Source of the DNA: Clostridiales bacterium | GTDB lineage: Bacteria; Bacillota; Clostridia; Oscillospirales; QAMX01 | Length of the DNA stretch: 48,733 nt | Direction of reading: 5' to 3' | Assembly: GCA_012800055.1 (NCBI GenBank) | Contig: JAAZKA010000021.1 | Coordinates: forward strand, 1 to 48,733 | Part shown: positions 10,937 to 19,055 of the stretch, piece by piece | How the letters are laid out: every line of letters starts with the position of its first letter | Position numbering within the stretch: the stretch's first letter is position 1 | The notes under the pieces: model-generated | What the model was told of the DNA's origin: nothing | Databases searched by the model: none | Seen by the model: the letters and a program-made list of their open reading frames with translations, nothing else | Position numbers and translations under genes: made by a program

Positions 10937-12043
10937 ATGACCACAGTGTATCTGATACGTCACGGAGAGAGTGAAGGCAATCTGTTCCGCGTCTGCCAGG
11001 GTCAGGACGATGAGCTGCTGTCCGTCACCGGCATCGCGCAGACGAAGGCGCTCGGACAGCGGTTCAAAAATATCCCGCTCGCGGCGATCTACGCAAGCGA
11101 CCTCTACCGCGCCGCGATGACCGCGCTTGCTGTCGCCCGGCCCAAGCGGATGCGTGTGCAGCCCGACGTACGCCTGCGGGAGATTGCGCTCGGCATCTGC
11201 GAGGGCGAGTCGTGGGGCAGCGTTTACCGGATGTTCCCGGAGCTGCACACGAAGCCGCTGCACGAGATCCCCGTCCCCGGTGCCGAAACCACCGCGCAGG
11301 TCATGGAGCGCATGACCGCCTGCATGAATGAGTTTGCCGCGCGAAACGAAGGTATGAGTGTCGTTGCCGTCAGCCACGGCGGCGCCATCTCCTCCTTCCT
11401 TGATGCCGTCATGCCCGACGTCAAACTTAAGATTGCCGGGAATACCGCCGTCATTACCCTTGGCTATCAGCAGGGGAAGTGGTCGCTCATCGCGCAGCCC
11501 GACTTGTCGCATCTGGAAAAAGCCGGACTGACCGCGCAGCCGCTGTTCCGTGAGGGCATCACCGACCTGTGGTTTAAGCCGATCGACCCTGTCGCCGACG
11601 CAGACGTAATCGAGCGCATCGGACGCGAGTCGTGGATGAGCGTTTTCGGCAGCCTAGCGGAGTACCGCGCCGACATCTTTATCGCCAACGCCCGGCGGCT
11701 TGCGGGACGCGACGGCCTCGCGTCGCTCTGCATGGACGGCGAACAGATCGCCGGGATGCTGCTGCTCGACGCCGATCAGACCGAACACGGCATCGGACAC
11801 ATCAGCCTTGTGTACCTCGAACCCGCCTACCGCTACCACGGCGTCGGGATGCAGCTCATCGGGCGCGCGACCACCGTCTACCGCAGGATGGGACGCAATA
11901 TCCTCCGACTCCAAGTCGCGCAGAAGAACAAACCCGCCATCCGATTTTACCAAAAGTGCGGCTTCCGCTTCTCGCCCCTTCCCTGCAGCCTGACAGGGCA
12001 GCTCATTATGAAAAAGAACATCACCGTCCCCAAAATCATCTGA
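10937..12043 (+). CDS. Fusion protein: histidine phosphatase (phosphoglycerate-mutase-like) N-terminal domain plus GNAT acetyltransferase C-terminal domain
   Basis: The N-terminal domain carries the VYLIRHGESEGN catalytic RHG motif and a downstream SHGG. The C-terminal domain carries the GNAT acetyl-CoA motif RYHGVGMQL and ...AIRFYQKCGF. An alternative start lies at 10922. Confidence 0.7.
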   Translation: MTTVYLIRHGESEGNLFRVCQGQDDELLSVTGIAQTKALGQRFKNIPLAAIYASDLYRAAMTALAVARPKRMRVQPDVRLREIALGICEGESWGSVYRMFPELHTKPLHEIPVPGAETTAQVMERMTACMNEFAARNEGMSVVAVSHGGAISSFLDAVMPDVKLKIAGNTAVITLGYQQGKWSLIAQPDLSHLEKAGLTAQPLFREGITDLWFKPIDPVADADVIERIGRESWMSVFGSLAEYRADIFIANARRLAGRDGLASLCMDGEQIAGMLLLDADQTEHGIGHISLVYLEPAYRYHGVGMQLIGRATTVYRRMGRNILRLQVAQKNKPAIRFYQKCGFRFSPLPCSLTGQLIMKKNITVPKII

Positions 12044-12060
12044 TATAGGAGGTATCCCTT

Positions 12061-13164
12061 ATGCGCCACGGAATCATCGCCCGCAACCCCGGCACCCCCT
12101 TCGGTTACTACGGCTGGGGCAGCGTCGCACGTATCGACGCTCACACACTCATCGCGGTCTGCTCAGGTTCCCGTATCTCCCACATCTGCACCTTTGGTAA
12201 GACCGAACTGTTCTACAGCTATGACGACGGCGAGACTTGGAGCTGCCCCAACATCGTCAACGACACCGTCCTCGACGACCGCGACGCCGGCATCGTCCAC
12301 CTCGGCGGCGATAAGCTGCTGCTGACCTGGTTCAACCACCCGCTGCGTTACTGTGAACGCGCCCTCAGAGAGGACGACGCCCGCGCACGGATTATCCGCG
12401 CCTACGCTGACCTCGCCGAGCCGTATGACACCTTTAAGCAGGGCTCGCACATCCGCTTAAGCTTCGACCGCGGCTTTTCCTGGACGCCGGAGCAGAAAAT
12501 CGAGGTCAGCTCACCCCATGGCCCCTGCGTGTTGAACGACGGCACCATTCTCTACCTCGGTAAGCAGATGTACTCGGATAAGAGGCTGCGCCCGAAAGAC
12601 GAGTACCATAGGCATGACGGCACTGTCATGGCGTATGCGTCGACCGACGGCGGGTTTACCTGGCAGGAGCGCGGCACCATCCCACTGCCGGAAGGCATCT
12701 GCTGGGACAATTTCCATGAGCCGCACGCCATCCAGCTCAACAGCGGCCGCATCCTCGGGATGATCCGCTGCCAGGGTCTTCCGAAAGACTCCATCTACTC
12801 CAAGAACTTTACGATGTTCCGTACGTTCTCCGACGACGGAGGCATGACGTGGAGCGTGCCGGAGTACACGGACGTGTCCGGCTCGCCGCCGCATCTGCTG
12901 CAGCATTCGTCCGGTGCGGTGATCTGCGCATACGGACGGCGGGAACAGCCCTTCGGTGAGCGCGTGATGATCTCCTATGACAACGGCCTCACATGGACAC
13001 GCGACGTCGAGCTGTACCCCGGAGAAGACATCGATCTCGGCTATCCCGCAAGCGTCGAGCTGCATGACGGCTCCATCCTCACGGTGTACTACCATAAGTA
13101 CCCCGGCGATAAAAACTGCTCGTTCCTCTATACACGCTGGAATTTGAAAGAAATTGACGCATGA
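12061..13164 (+). CDS. BNR/Asp-box repeat protein, sialidase-like beta-propeller, no signal peptide
   Basis: Five Asp-box motifs (SxDxGxTW): SYDDGETW, SFDRGFSW, STDGGFTW, SDDGGMTW and SYDNGLTW. AGGAGG ribosome-binding site upstream. I saw no FRIP motif. Confidence 0.7.
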   Translation: MRHGIIARNPGTPFGYYGWGSVARIDAHTLIAVCSGSRISHICTFGKTELFYSYDDGETWSCPNIVNDTVLDDRDAGIVHLGGDKLLLTWFNHPLRYCERALREDDARARIIRAYADLAEPYDTFKQGSHIRLSFDRGFSWTPEQKIEVSSPHGPCVLNDGTILYLGKQMYSDKRLRPKDEYHRHDGTVMAYASTDGGFTWQERGTIPLPEGICWDNFHEPHAIQLNSGRILGMIRCQGLPKDSIYSKNFTMFRTFSDDGGMTWSVPEYTDVSGSPPHLLQHSSGAVICAYGRREQPFGERVMISYDNGLTWTRDVELYPGEDIDLGYPASVELHDGSILTVYYHKYPGDKNCSFLYTRWNLKEIDA

Positions 13165-13463
13165 GTCCTGTGTCGGATATCAGGGATATCCTCGGCCGGA
13201 TGCTGCCGGCGGTGTATCTGCTGGCGGTGAACATTGTCTCGTTTTGTCAGATCGGTGCAGACAAGAAACTTGCGAAGACCGGTCAGCGGCGCATCCGCGA
13301 GAAAGTCATGTTTCTCACCGCCGCGATCGGCGGGTCGATCGGCGCAAACCTCGGAATGGCTGCGTTCCGGCATAAAACCAAGCATAAGTCCTTCGTCATC
13401 GGCATGCCCGTCCTCCTCATCGTCCATATCGTCATCGCCGTCGTCCTGATCAAATTGCTGTAA
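13161..13463 (+). CDS. DUF1294 family small membrane protein
   Basis: The segment DKKLAKTGQRRIREKVMFLTAAIGGSIGANLGMAAFRHKTKHKSF is the DUF1294 signature as I recall it. The start overlaps the upstream stop (ATGA). Confidence 0.75.
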   Translation: MSPVSDIRDILGRMLPAVYLLAVNIVSFCQIGADKKLAKTGQRRIREKVMFLTAAIGGSIGANLGMAAFRHKTKHKSFVIGMPVLLIVHIVIAVVLIKLL

Positions 13464-13522
13464 CCCTTGACTGGCGCGAACGGCGGAAAGCGGGCATCAT
13501 GCACCGCAAAACGGTACGCAAA

Positions 13523-13551
13523 CCCCCCGGTTGTGTAAAACAACCGGGGGG
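13523..13551. terminator. Strong hairpin between convergent genes (probable bidirectional terminator)
   Basis: Perfect 11-bp stem CCCCCCGGTTG / CAACCGGGGGG with a 7-nt loop. The flanking T/A runs are short. Confidence 0.55.
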
Positions 13552-13691
13552 GTTATGATCTTATATGTGTATGTGCATCTCGTCGATGAGCGTGATTCCC
13601 GGACCGATCGCCTGACGGAACCGCATGCCCATGAACGCATTGCGCAAGGTATTCACCGCCGTATGCAATAAAAACGACAGGCAGGTGTTCT

Positions 13692-15245
13692 TCAGAAAGT
13701 CTCTAGAAGCTCCCGGCGTACCTTCGCGAACGCGGCGGGATCACTCTCATAGTCGTCGAACGTCCGTGCGACCTTCGCGATCAACTGCTGACGCTTGTCC
13801 TCGGGGAGCTGCAGCAGCGCTTCATACTCCTCCGCGCCGGCGCGCTGCAGATGCGACCGCATGGAATCCCACGGCCGGTCATCTCCCGGGTAGACGATGA
13901 AGCCGTTGCCGGGAGGCAGCATATTCACGCTTCTGTGGTAGCAGTTGTACCGGAACGGATCGTTGCCGCCGTACGCATTGTAACCCCAGTGGAGGAAGCC
14001 GGTGAAACCGTACTTCGCGCACAGCCACATCGGCAGGCGTCCGGCGAGCAGCGGGAGGTCGGTTGCGCGGTTCATGCACTTCCCCGCCGGGAAGCCGCAG
14101 GTGTATACCCACATCTCTTCGCCCATCGCCTGCAGTTCCCGAAACGCGTCGAGATGCTTCTCATATACCGCCTGCTTCACGCACCAGATATCCGTCGCGC
14201 CGCCGATCTCGCTCGTCTCCACCGGGTCATGAATCTTCACGCCCGGCATCCATTTACGGCAGATGCACGACAGTGCGCGGTAGCTCTCGCTGTTGGGAAA
14301 CTGCGGCTCGTCTACCAGACACTGCATCCAGCGATCCTCCCATCCGCGTGCCCGGACGATGCTCCACAGCTTGCGAAAGTAAATACTGAGCTGCCAGTAG
14401 CCCTCGCGCGAGGATGTCGAGATGTCGCGATCCCACAGAAGGTACTGATCCGCGTCGCGCCAGTCCTTGAAGCGTGCGACAAAGCCGCCGTAGATGTACG
14501 AAAACCCCTTCGAAAGTGCCAGCTCGCCGAGCTTTTCGCACTCGGTGAAGTCGAAATCGACGACCTTGCCGTCTGGATCTCTGATCGGCACACCGGAGGA
14601 CAGCTTGAGATGGTTTGTGCGCATACCGAGCTGATGGTCGAGGTAGCGGCCGACAATCTTCCAGAATGCGTCGGCGCCCTTCTTGACTTTGTGTGACGCG
14701 GCGATGTCGTCGAGGGAGAGCCAGTTGACCATGCCGAACTCAGCGTCCGGGAGCGCCGGGATCACGCACGCCGAGACGGTCAGCGGCAGCGTGACGGTGA
14801 CCGTCTCGCCCATGCAGCTGCCCTGCAGCGTGATATCATATGTCCCCGGGACGGCGTCCGGCGCGACGGTGAGCAGCAGGTACAGCCCGATGCGTCCGGG
14901 CTTCAGCCTGCCGTCGAGCGGGCGGGTCACATCATAGACGTCGAACGGTGCCTGACGCGTGACATAATCGCGCACGAGGTCATAGTCGAGCGTCGTGTGG
15001 GTAGTGGGTGCGCTGTTTTCTTCGACGTGCGCGGGCAGGAGTTGATATGCCTGCAGCGTCACACCGGCCGGTGCGGTGAATGTGATGCCGACGGCTGCGT
15101 CGGTGTAAAGCGTGGCGTCGGTCAGAATCTGGAACGCGGCGGTGCCTCCGCGCGCGGCGATCAGCGGGAGCTTGTTATCAGGAGAGGTCAGCGCGGTGTC
15201 CGGGTAGAGCCAGGTATTGTCATCGAAAATCTGACAGCGCAGCAT
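13692..15245 (-). CDS. DUF4091-type protein (fold family that includes CAZy GH123), leaderless
   Basis: The overall pattern and a ...CLVDEPQF... Asp-Glu pair match my recollection of DUF4091/GH123-like proteins. The ATG at 15245 lies 9 nt after a GGAGG located in the 3' end of the upstream gene. The ORF track begins at a GTG at 15251. Confidence 0.55.
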   Translation of the reverse strand: MLRCQIFDDNTWLYPDTALTSPDNKLPLIAARGGTAAFQILTDATLYTDAAVGITFTAPAGVTLQAYQLLPAHVEENSAPTTHTTLDYDLVRDYVTRQAPFDVYDVTRPLDGRLKPGRIGLYLLLTVAPDAVPGTYDITLQGSCMGETVTVTLPLTVSACVIPALPDAEFGMVNWLSLDDIAASHKVKKGADAFWKIVGRYLDHQLGMRTNHLKLSSGVPIRDPDGKVVDFDFTECEKLGELALSKGFSYIYGGFVARFKDWRDADQYLLWDRDISTSSREGYWQLSIYFRKLWSIVRARGWEDRWMQCLVDEPQFPNSESYRALSCICRKWMPGVKIHDPVETSEIGGATDIWCVKQAVYEKHLDAFRELQAMGEEMWVYTCGFPAGKCMNRATDLPLLAGRLPMWLCAKYGFTGFLHWGYNAYGGNDPFRYNCYHRSVNMLPPGNGFIVYPGDDRPWDSMRSHLQRAGAEEYEALLQLPEDKRQQLIAKVARTFDDYESDPAAFAKVRRELLETF

Positions 15246-15247
15246 GT

Positions 15248-16735
15248 TCACACACCTCCAAACGGATTTTCGGACGGATAACGGACGGTCTTGGGTTGGT
15301 TATATGAGATTTCCGGGACACCGAGGTACTTGAGAAGCTCGAATACCTCGAATCCGCAGTGGGCGAACCCGACGGCGGTGTGATGCGGGAAGCGGTGTTC
15401 GATGAGGTCATGACGGTAGAAGCGCGCCATCTCCGGCACCGCCAGTATGCCGATGCCGCCGAAGCTGCGCGACGCGACGTTCAGGCTCTCACCCTGCGCA
15501 GCGTAGGCTCTCAGGGAACCGTCAGCCGCGCCCTGCAGACGGAACAGAGTCAACGCACTCGCCGCGAGGTCCCCCTCGAGCGTGCCGCGTGTGATGTCCG
15601 GTGTGCCTTTGTTCTCGAGCAGCCGGTTCTGGATGAGCTGGTAGCAGAGAGCCCCCTTTCGGAGCTTGCATAAGGGCGTATTGCCGCAGTGGAAGCCCAT
15701 AAACAGCTCGTCCGCGCGGTACGGGTACTTCCCCGCAATATCCTCATCGTACAACGCGCGCGGTACGGTGTTGTTGATATCGAGCAGTGTCACGGCATCC
15801 CCGGTCAGGCAGGTGAGGATGTACTCGCTTAAGCTCCCGTAGAGGTCGACCTCGCACGCCACCGGGATGCCTTTTGCCGCGAGACGCGAGTTGACATAAC
15901 AAGGCTCAAACCCGAACGCGCCCGGGAATGCCGGCCAGCACTTGTTCGCGAACGTCACATAGTCGCGCATCCCGCGGTGTTCCTTCGCCCAGTCAAGGAG
16001 CGTCAGTTCATACTGCGCGAGTTTCGGCAGCAGCTCGGGATAATGATTGCCCTCGCCCAGCTCCCGCGCCATGTCCGCCGCAACGTCCTGGATGCGCGCG
16101 TCGCCCTCATGTTTCCGATAGGCGAGCAGCAGGTCAAGCTCGGAGTTCTCCTCTACCTCGACGCCCAGATCGTAGAGCTGCTTGATCGGCGCATTGCAGG
16201 CGAAGAAGTCCTGCGGGCGCGGGCCGAACGAGAGGATCTTCAGCGCCCGCACGCCGATTGCCGCGCGCAGGACGGGTATATACCGTGCGATGACGTCCGC
16301 GAGCATGTCCGGCGTCCCGACGGGTGTCTCGGGGATGACTGCCCGAATGCCGCGCAGCCCGAGATTGTAGGAGCAGTTGAGCAGTCCGCAGTAGGCGTCG
16401 CCGCGTCCGTCGATGAGGTTATCTTCCTCTGCGGCGGCAACGTAGAGTGTCGGGCCGGGGAAACGCTGCGCAAGCAAGGTCTCGGGTGTCTCGGGGCCGA
16501 AATTCCCGAGGTAGACGACCAGTGCATTGCATTTCCCGTTGAGGTCGTCGAGCGCCTGCTTCGTGTCATGCTCATTTTCAACGAGCACCGGACATTCATA
16601 CAGCGGCAGCTTCCGCTTACGGCATTCGCTCGCCAGCGCTTCCCGCCGGGACCGTGCGAGACTCTTCAGGAAACAGTCGCGGCTCACAACAACCAGTCCG
16701 AGTGTCACACTTGGGATGTTGTTCATATGCCTCAT
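15248..16735 (-). CDS. L-fucose/L-arabinose isomerase family protein (COG2407-like)
   Basis: The N-terminal pattern VTLGLVVVSRDCF...LVVYLGNFGPE and the roughly 490-aa size are typical of FucI-related sugar isomerases. An alternative start lies at 16726. The gene is tightly packed between its neighbours. Confidence 0.6.
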   Translation of the reverse strand: MRHMNNIPSVTLGLVVVSRDCFLKSLARSRREALASECRKRKLPLYECPVLVENEHDTKQALDDLNGKCNALVVYLGNFGPETPETLLAQRFPGPTLYVAAAEEDNLIDGRGDAYCGLLNCSYNLGLRGIRAVIPETPVGTPDMLADVIARYIPVLRAAIGVRALKILSFGPRPQDFFACNAPIKQLYDLGVEVEENSELDLLLAYRKHEGDARIQDVAADMARELGEGNHYPELLPKLAQYELTLLDWAKEHRGMRDYVTFANKCWPAFPGAFGFEPCYVNSRLAAKGIPVACEVDLYGSLSEYILTCLTGDAVTLLDINNTVPRALYDEDIAGKYPYRADELFMGFHCGNTPLCKLRKGALCYQLIQNRLLENKGTPDITRGTLEGDLAASALTLFRLQGAADGSLRAYAAQGESLNVASRSFGGIGILAVPEMARFYRHDLIEHRFPHHTAVGFAHCGFEVFELLKYLGVPEISYNQPKTVRYPSENPFGGV

Positions 16736-16750
16736 CCTTTCTATGGGTCA

Positions 16751-17647
16751 TTATATCCGCATCAGCCTGTCGAGCCAGGCGGTGAGCGTATCGTCGGGGG
16801 CAGCCTGTATCAGATAACGCGACGTACCGCCGGAATTGACTTCGAACGCGCCGTTGTCCAGTACGCGGACGGTGACGGGGTCGGAAAGCGTGAAGTACGC
16901 GTCTGTCCCGTACGCGGCATAGGCGACGGTGACGGGATCCCAGCTCTCACGGGCAAGCTGCGGACGGTGGTTTTTCTGCATGTGCAGCGTATATCCGGCT
17001 CGGCAGGGATGATTTTCCGGCAGCCCGGCGAACTCCGCGCCGGTCATAAGATGCTTGCCCACTTCATAGCCGGAGTACACGATCGGCGCCGGGAAATGCT
17101 TGATTACGTACTTTGCTGCCGGGATATCCATCACGACATTGTATTCAGGACGCTCGGGATGTTCAAAGCCGCCGAGCATGAACACGCCCTCGCGGACGTT
17201 TTCCCGCACCAGCTCATCCCCGGTCAGCGGCGACAGGTCGTCCGGCGGCGAGAGCAGCAGTCTGTGGATGTTGCGCAGCGGCCCGATCGTGGCGAGTGTG
17301 ATATCGCGCAGTCTGCCGTTATCCGCGAGCGTGCGGCGCAGAAGTCTCACGGCATCCTCGAAGACATATGCACGGGACTCAGGATAAGCATCGCAGTAGG
17401 GCTTCGCGTAGCGCTCATATTCCTCACCATTCATGAAGGTGTCGTCGTACAGCACGCCGACCGGGATGTCTATTTGAGCATAATCGCACATCAACCGGAT
17501 GAACCGCGCGCCGTAGTGATTCCCGATGCAGTGGGTCAGGGCAAGCAGCCGGATATCACCCGCTCGGTGTGCATGGAGCGCCAGCGCACAGGCCCCGACG
17601 TCGTCGCAGTCGGAGCCGAGATCGGTGTCTAAAAGCAATTTGCGCAT
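16751..17647 (-). CDS. Nucleoside-hydrolase-like protein (inosine-uridine-preferring NH fold, variant Asp cluster)
   Basis: The N-terminus MRKLLLDTDLGSDCDDVGACALAL resembles the DxDxxxDD motif of nucleoside hydrolases. The ATG at 17647 follows a GGGAGG ribosome-binding site. The 66 upstream codons in the ORF track were rejected. Confidence 0.7.
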   Translation of the reverse strand: MRKLLLDTDLGSDCDDVGACALALHAHRAGDIRLLALTHCIGNHYGARFIRLMCDYAQIDIPVGVLYDDTFMNGEEYERYAKPYCDAYPESRAYVFEDAVRLLRRTLADNGRLRDITLATIGPLRNIHRLLLSPPDDLSPLTGDELVRENVREGVFMLGGFEHPERPEYNVVMDIPAAKYVIKHFPAPIVYSGYEVGKHLMTGAEFAGLPENHPCRAGYTLHMQKNHRPQLARESWDPVTVAYAAYGTDAYFTLSDPVTVRVLDNGAFEVNSGGTSRYLIQAAPDDTLTAWLDRLMRI

Positions 17648-17679
17648 AAGAACCTCCCGGATATGGTTTATATGGGTAC

Positions 17680-17708
17680 AGTATACCACAGTCAAACGGT
17701 TTTGGAAA
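17680..17708 (-). promoter_or_regulatory. Candidate promoter for the NH-like/isomerase/DUF4091 operon
   Basis: On the minus strand: TTTCCA, 17-nt spacer, TATACT, with TGg extended -10. It sits about 30 nt upstream of the ribosome-binding site. Confidence 0.4.
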
Positions 17709-17845
17709 GCACGGCGTAAGTGAAGAATCCTTGCAATTCGTTGGAAATTAAAACAAAATGATAAGAATCCGGCACGAGGATATGCTGTTTGATGCGAAAA
17801 ACGGAAAGCGGCGGAAATAATAGGAAGTTCTGTGAGAAAGATCAC

Positions 17846-17880
17846 AAAAGCCCCTGTTTCCGGTGAAACGGGGGCTTTTA
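17846..17880 (-). terminator. Rho-independent terminator after the DUF368 gene
   Basis: Hairpin GCCCC(T)GTTTC-CGGT-GAAAC(G)GGGGC flanked by AAAA/TTTT. The minus-strand reading ends in a TTTTGTG run. Confidence 0.65.
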
Positions 17881-17885
17881 TGTAC

Positions 17886-18734
17886 CTATACGACGTTCTT
17901 CCGTCGGCCGATGCGTTCGCTGCCCCACGCGATGAGGAAGCCTATGCCCGCCAGCAGCGCCGCGAGAATGCCCTCCCGGACGTTTTCATAGGTGCGCGGG
18001 ATGATCACGACGGTCGAGGCGATCACGAAGCCGAGAATGCAGTGGAAGGCGACGGAGTAGTGGCGCTCGAAGAACGCGTTGACCGTCCGTGCAAGCGGCA
18101 GCACCGTCGCAAGAATCCCGCAGCCCATCGGCAGCAGCACGAGCGGGTCGAGTGCCGCGATCCCCGCGGTCATCGGCGAGAACAGTCCCATGTAAATCAA
18201 AAGCGATGTCGAGGTCATGCCGGGGATGATCAGCGACAGACCCCACAGGATGCCGCAGAAGAAGAACCAGCCGATGTGCGGCGTCAGCGACAGGGACGAC
18301 GACTGCGCTTGAAGGATCAGGAAGAACGTCAACATCACCGCACAGCTCACCGCGAGCGCGATCCAGGACATCTTCGTGCGCGGTTCCTTCAACGCCTCCC
18401 GGTTCAGCGACGGGAATGACCCGGCGATCAAGCCGATAAACAACGCGATCGCGAGTGTCGCAGAAGCGGAGAACATCCACTCGATGAGCCGCGCGAAGAA
18501 CCAGAAGCCGACCAGCCATCCGATGAGAACGGGCAGAAAGAGCCGCCACGCGCTTTTAAAAGAACGGATCGGATGCGCGAGGAACGCCATCATCGCCGGA
18601 TACAGCCCGAACGTCACGCACAGCACGCCGCCGGAGATGCCCGGAAGGATTGCGCCCGAGCCGATAAGCATGCCCTGAAAGAAACGCAGCAGACTCTCGC
18701 GCAGGTTCGCCGGGGGAGTGGGTGCGACGGACAT
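17886..18734 (-). CDS. DUF368 family membrane protein (PopT-type polyprenyl-phosphate transporter family)
   Basis: Polytopic membrane protein with the GAILPGISGG and IIPGMTSTS motifs characteristic of DUF368. Confidence 0.8.
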   Translation of the reverse strand: MSVAPTPPANLRESLLRFFQGMLIGSGAILPGISGGVLCVTFGLYPAMMAFLAHPIRSFKSAWRLFLPVLIGWLVGFWFFARLIEWMFSASATLAIALFIGLIAGSFPSLNREALKEPRTKMSWIALAVSCAVMLTFFLILQAQSSSLSLTPHIGWFFFCGILWGLSLIIPGMTSTSLLIYMGLFSPMTAGIAALDPLVLLPMGCGILATVLPLARTVNAFFERHYSVAFHCILGFVIASTVVIIPRTYENVREGILAALLAGIGFLIAWGSERIGRRKNVV

Positions 18735-19021
18735 ACAAAGTCACCTCTGGTTTTGATATGACGTCCAGTATACAGGATAATTGTGAATAGAGCATCCGCG
18801 CGGAAGCAGGAATGTGTAAACAAACGGTTAATTCAACCGACGGCATAGCCGTACATTGTTGGCCCTCCAATATATCATTATGGGGTGTTGCTTTCGTCTT
18901 GCCAGCCGCAGCGGTATCAGTCCGGCGCGTCGTCGTACTCCCGCTCCCATGCGAACCCGTGGGGTAATAAACGGACATGACAGCGTTCTGCGCCTTCCCA
19001 TGGAAACCTCTCACGAAATTT

Positions 19022-19045
19022 CCCCCTCTCAGCATTGAGAGGGGG
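19022..19045 (-). terminator. Hairpin terminator after the 530-aa orphan gene
   Basis: Perfect 10-bp stem CCCCCTCTCA / TGAGAGGGGG with a 4-nt loop, 11 nt beyond the stop. The downstream T-run is weak. Confidence 0.45.
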
Positions 19046-19055
19046 AGTGATGATC

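Noticed and set aside
13561-13690. A short minus-strand reading frame ending ...AVNTLRNAFMGMRFRQAIGPGITLIDEMHIHI*, which could be a gene remnant downstream of the DUF4091 gene.
   Set aside because: It is bounded by an upstream stop after about 60 codons. Its only ATG gives 23 aa, with no ribosome-binding site and no recognisable family. The evidence is insufficient to call a pseudogene.
18860-18890. A seven-codon mini-ORF on the minus strand (ATGTACGGCTATGCCGTCGGTTGA) with a GGAGGG ribosome-binding site, upstream of the DUF368 gene. It could be a leader peptide.
   Set aside because: It is too short to assess, and I found no obvious attenuator or terminator structures coupled to it. It cannot be supported from the sequence alone.
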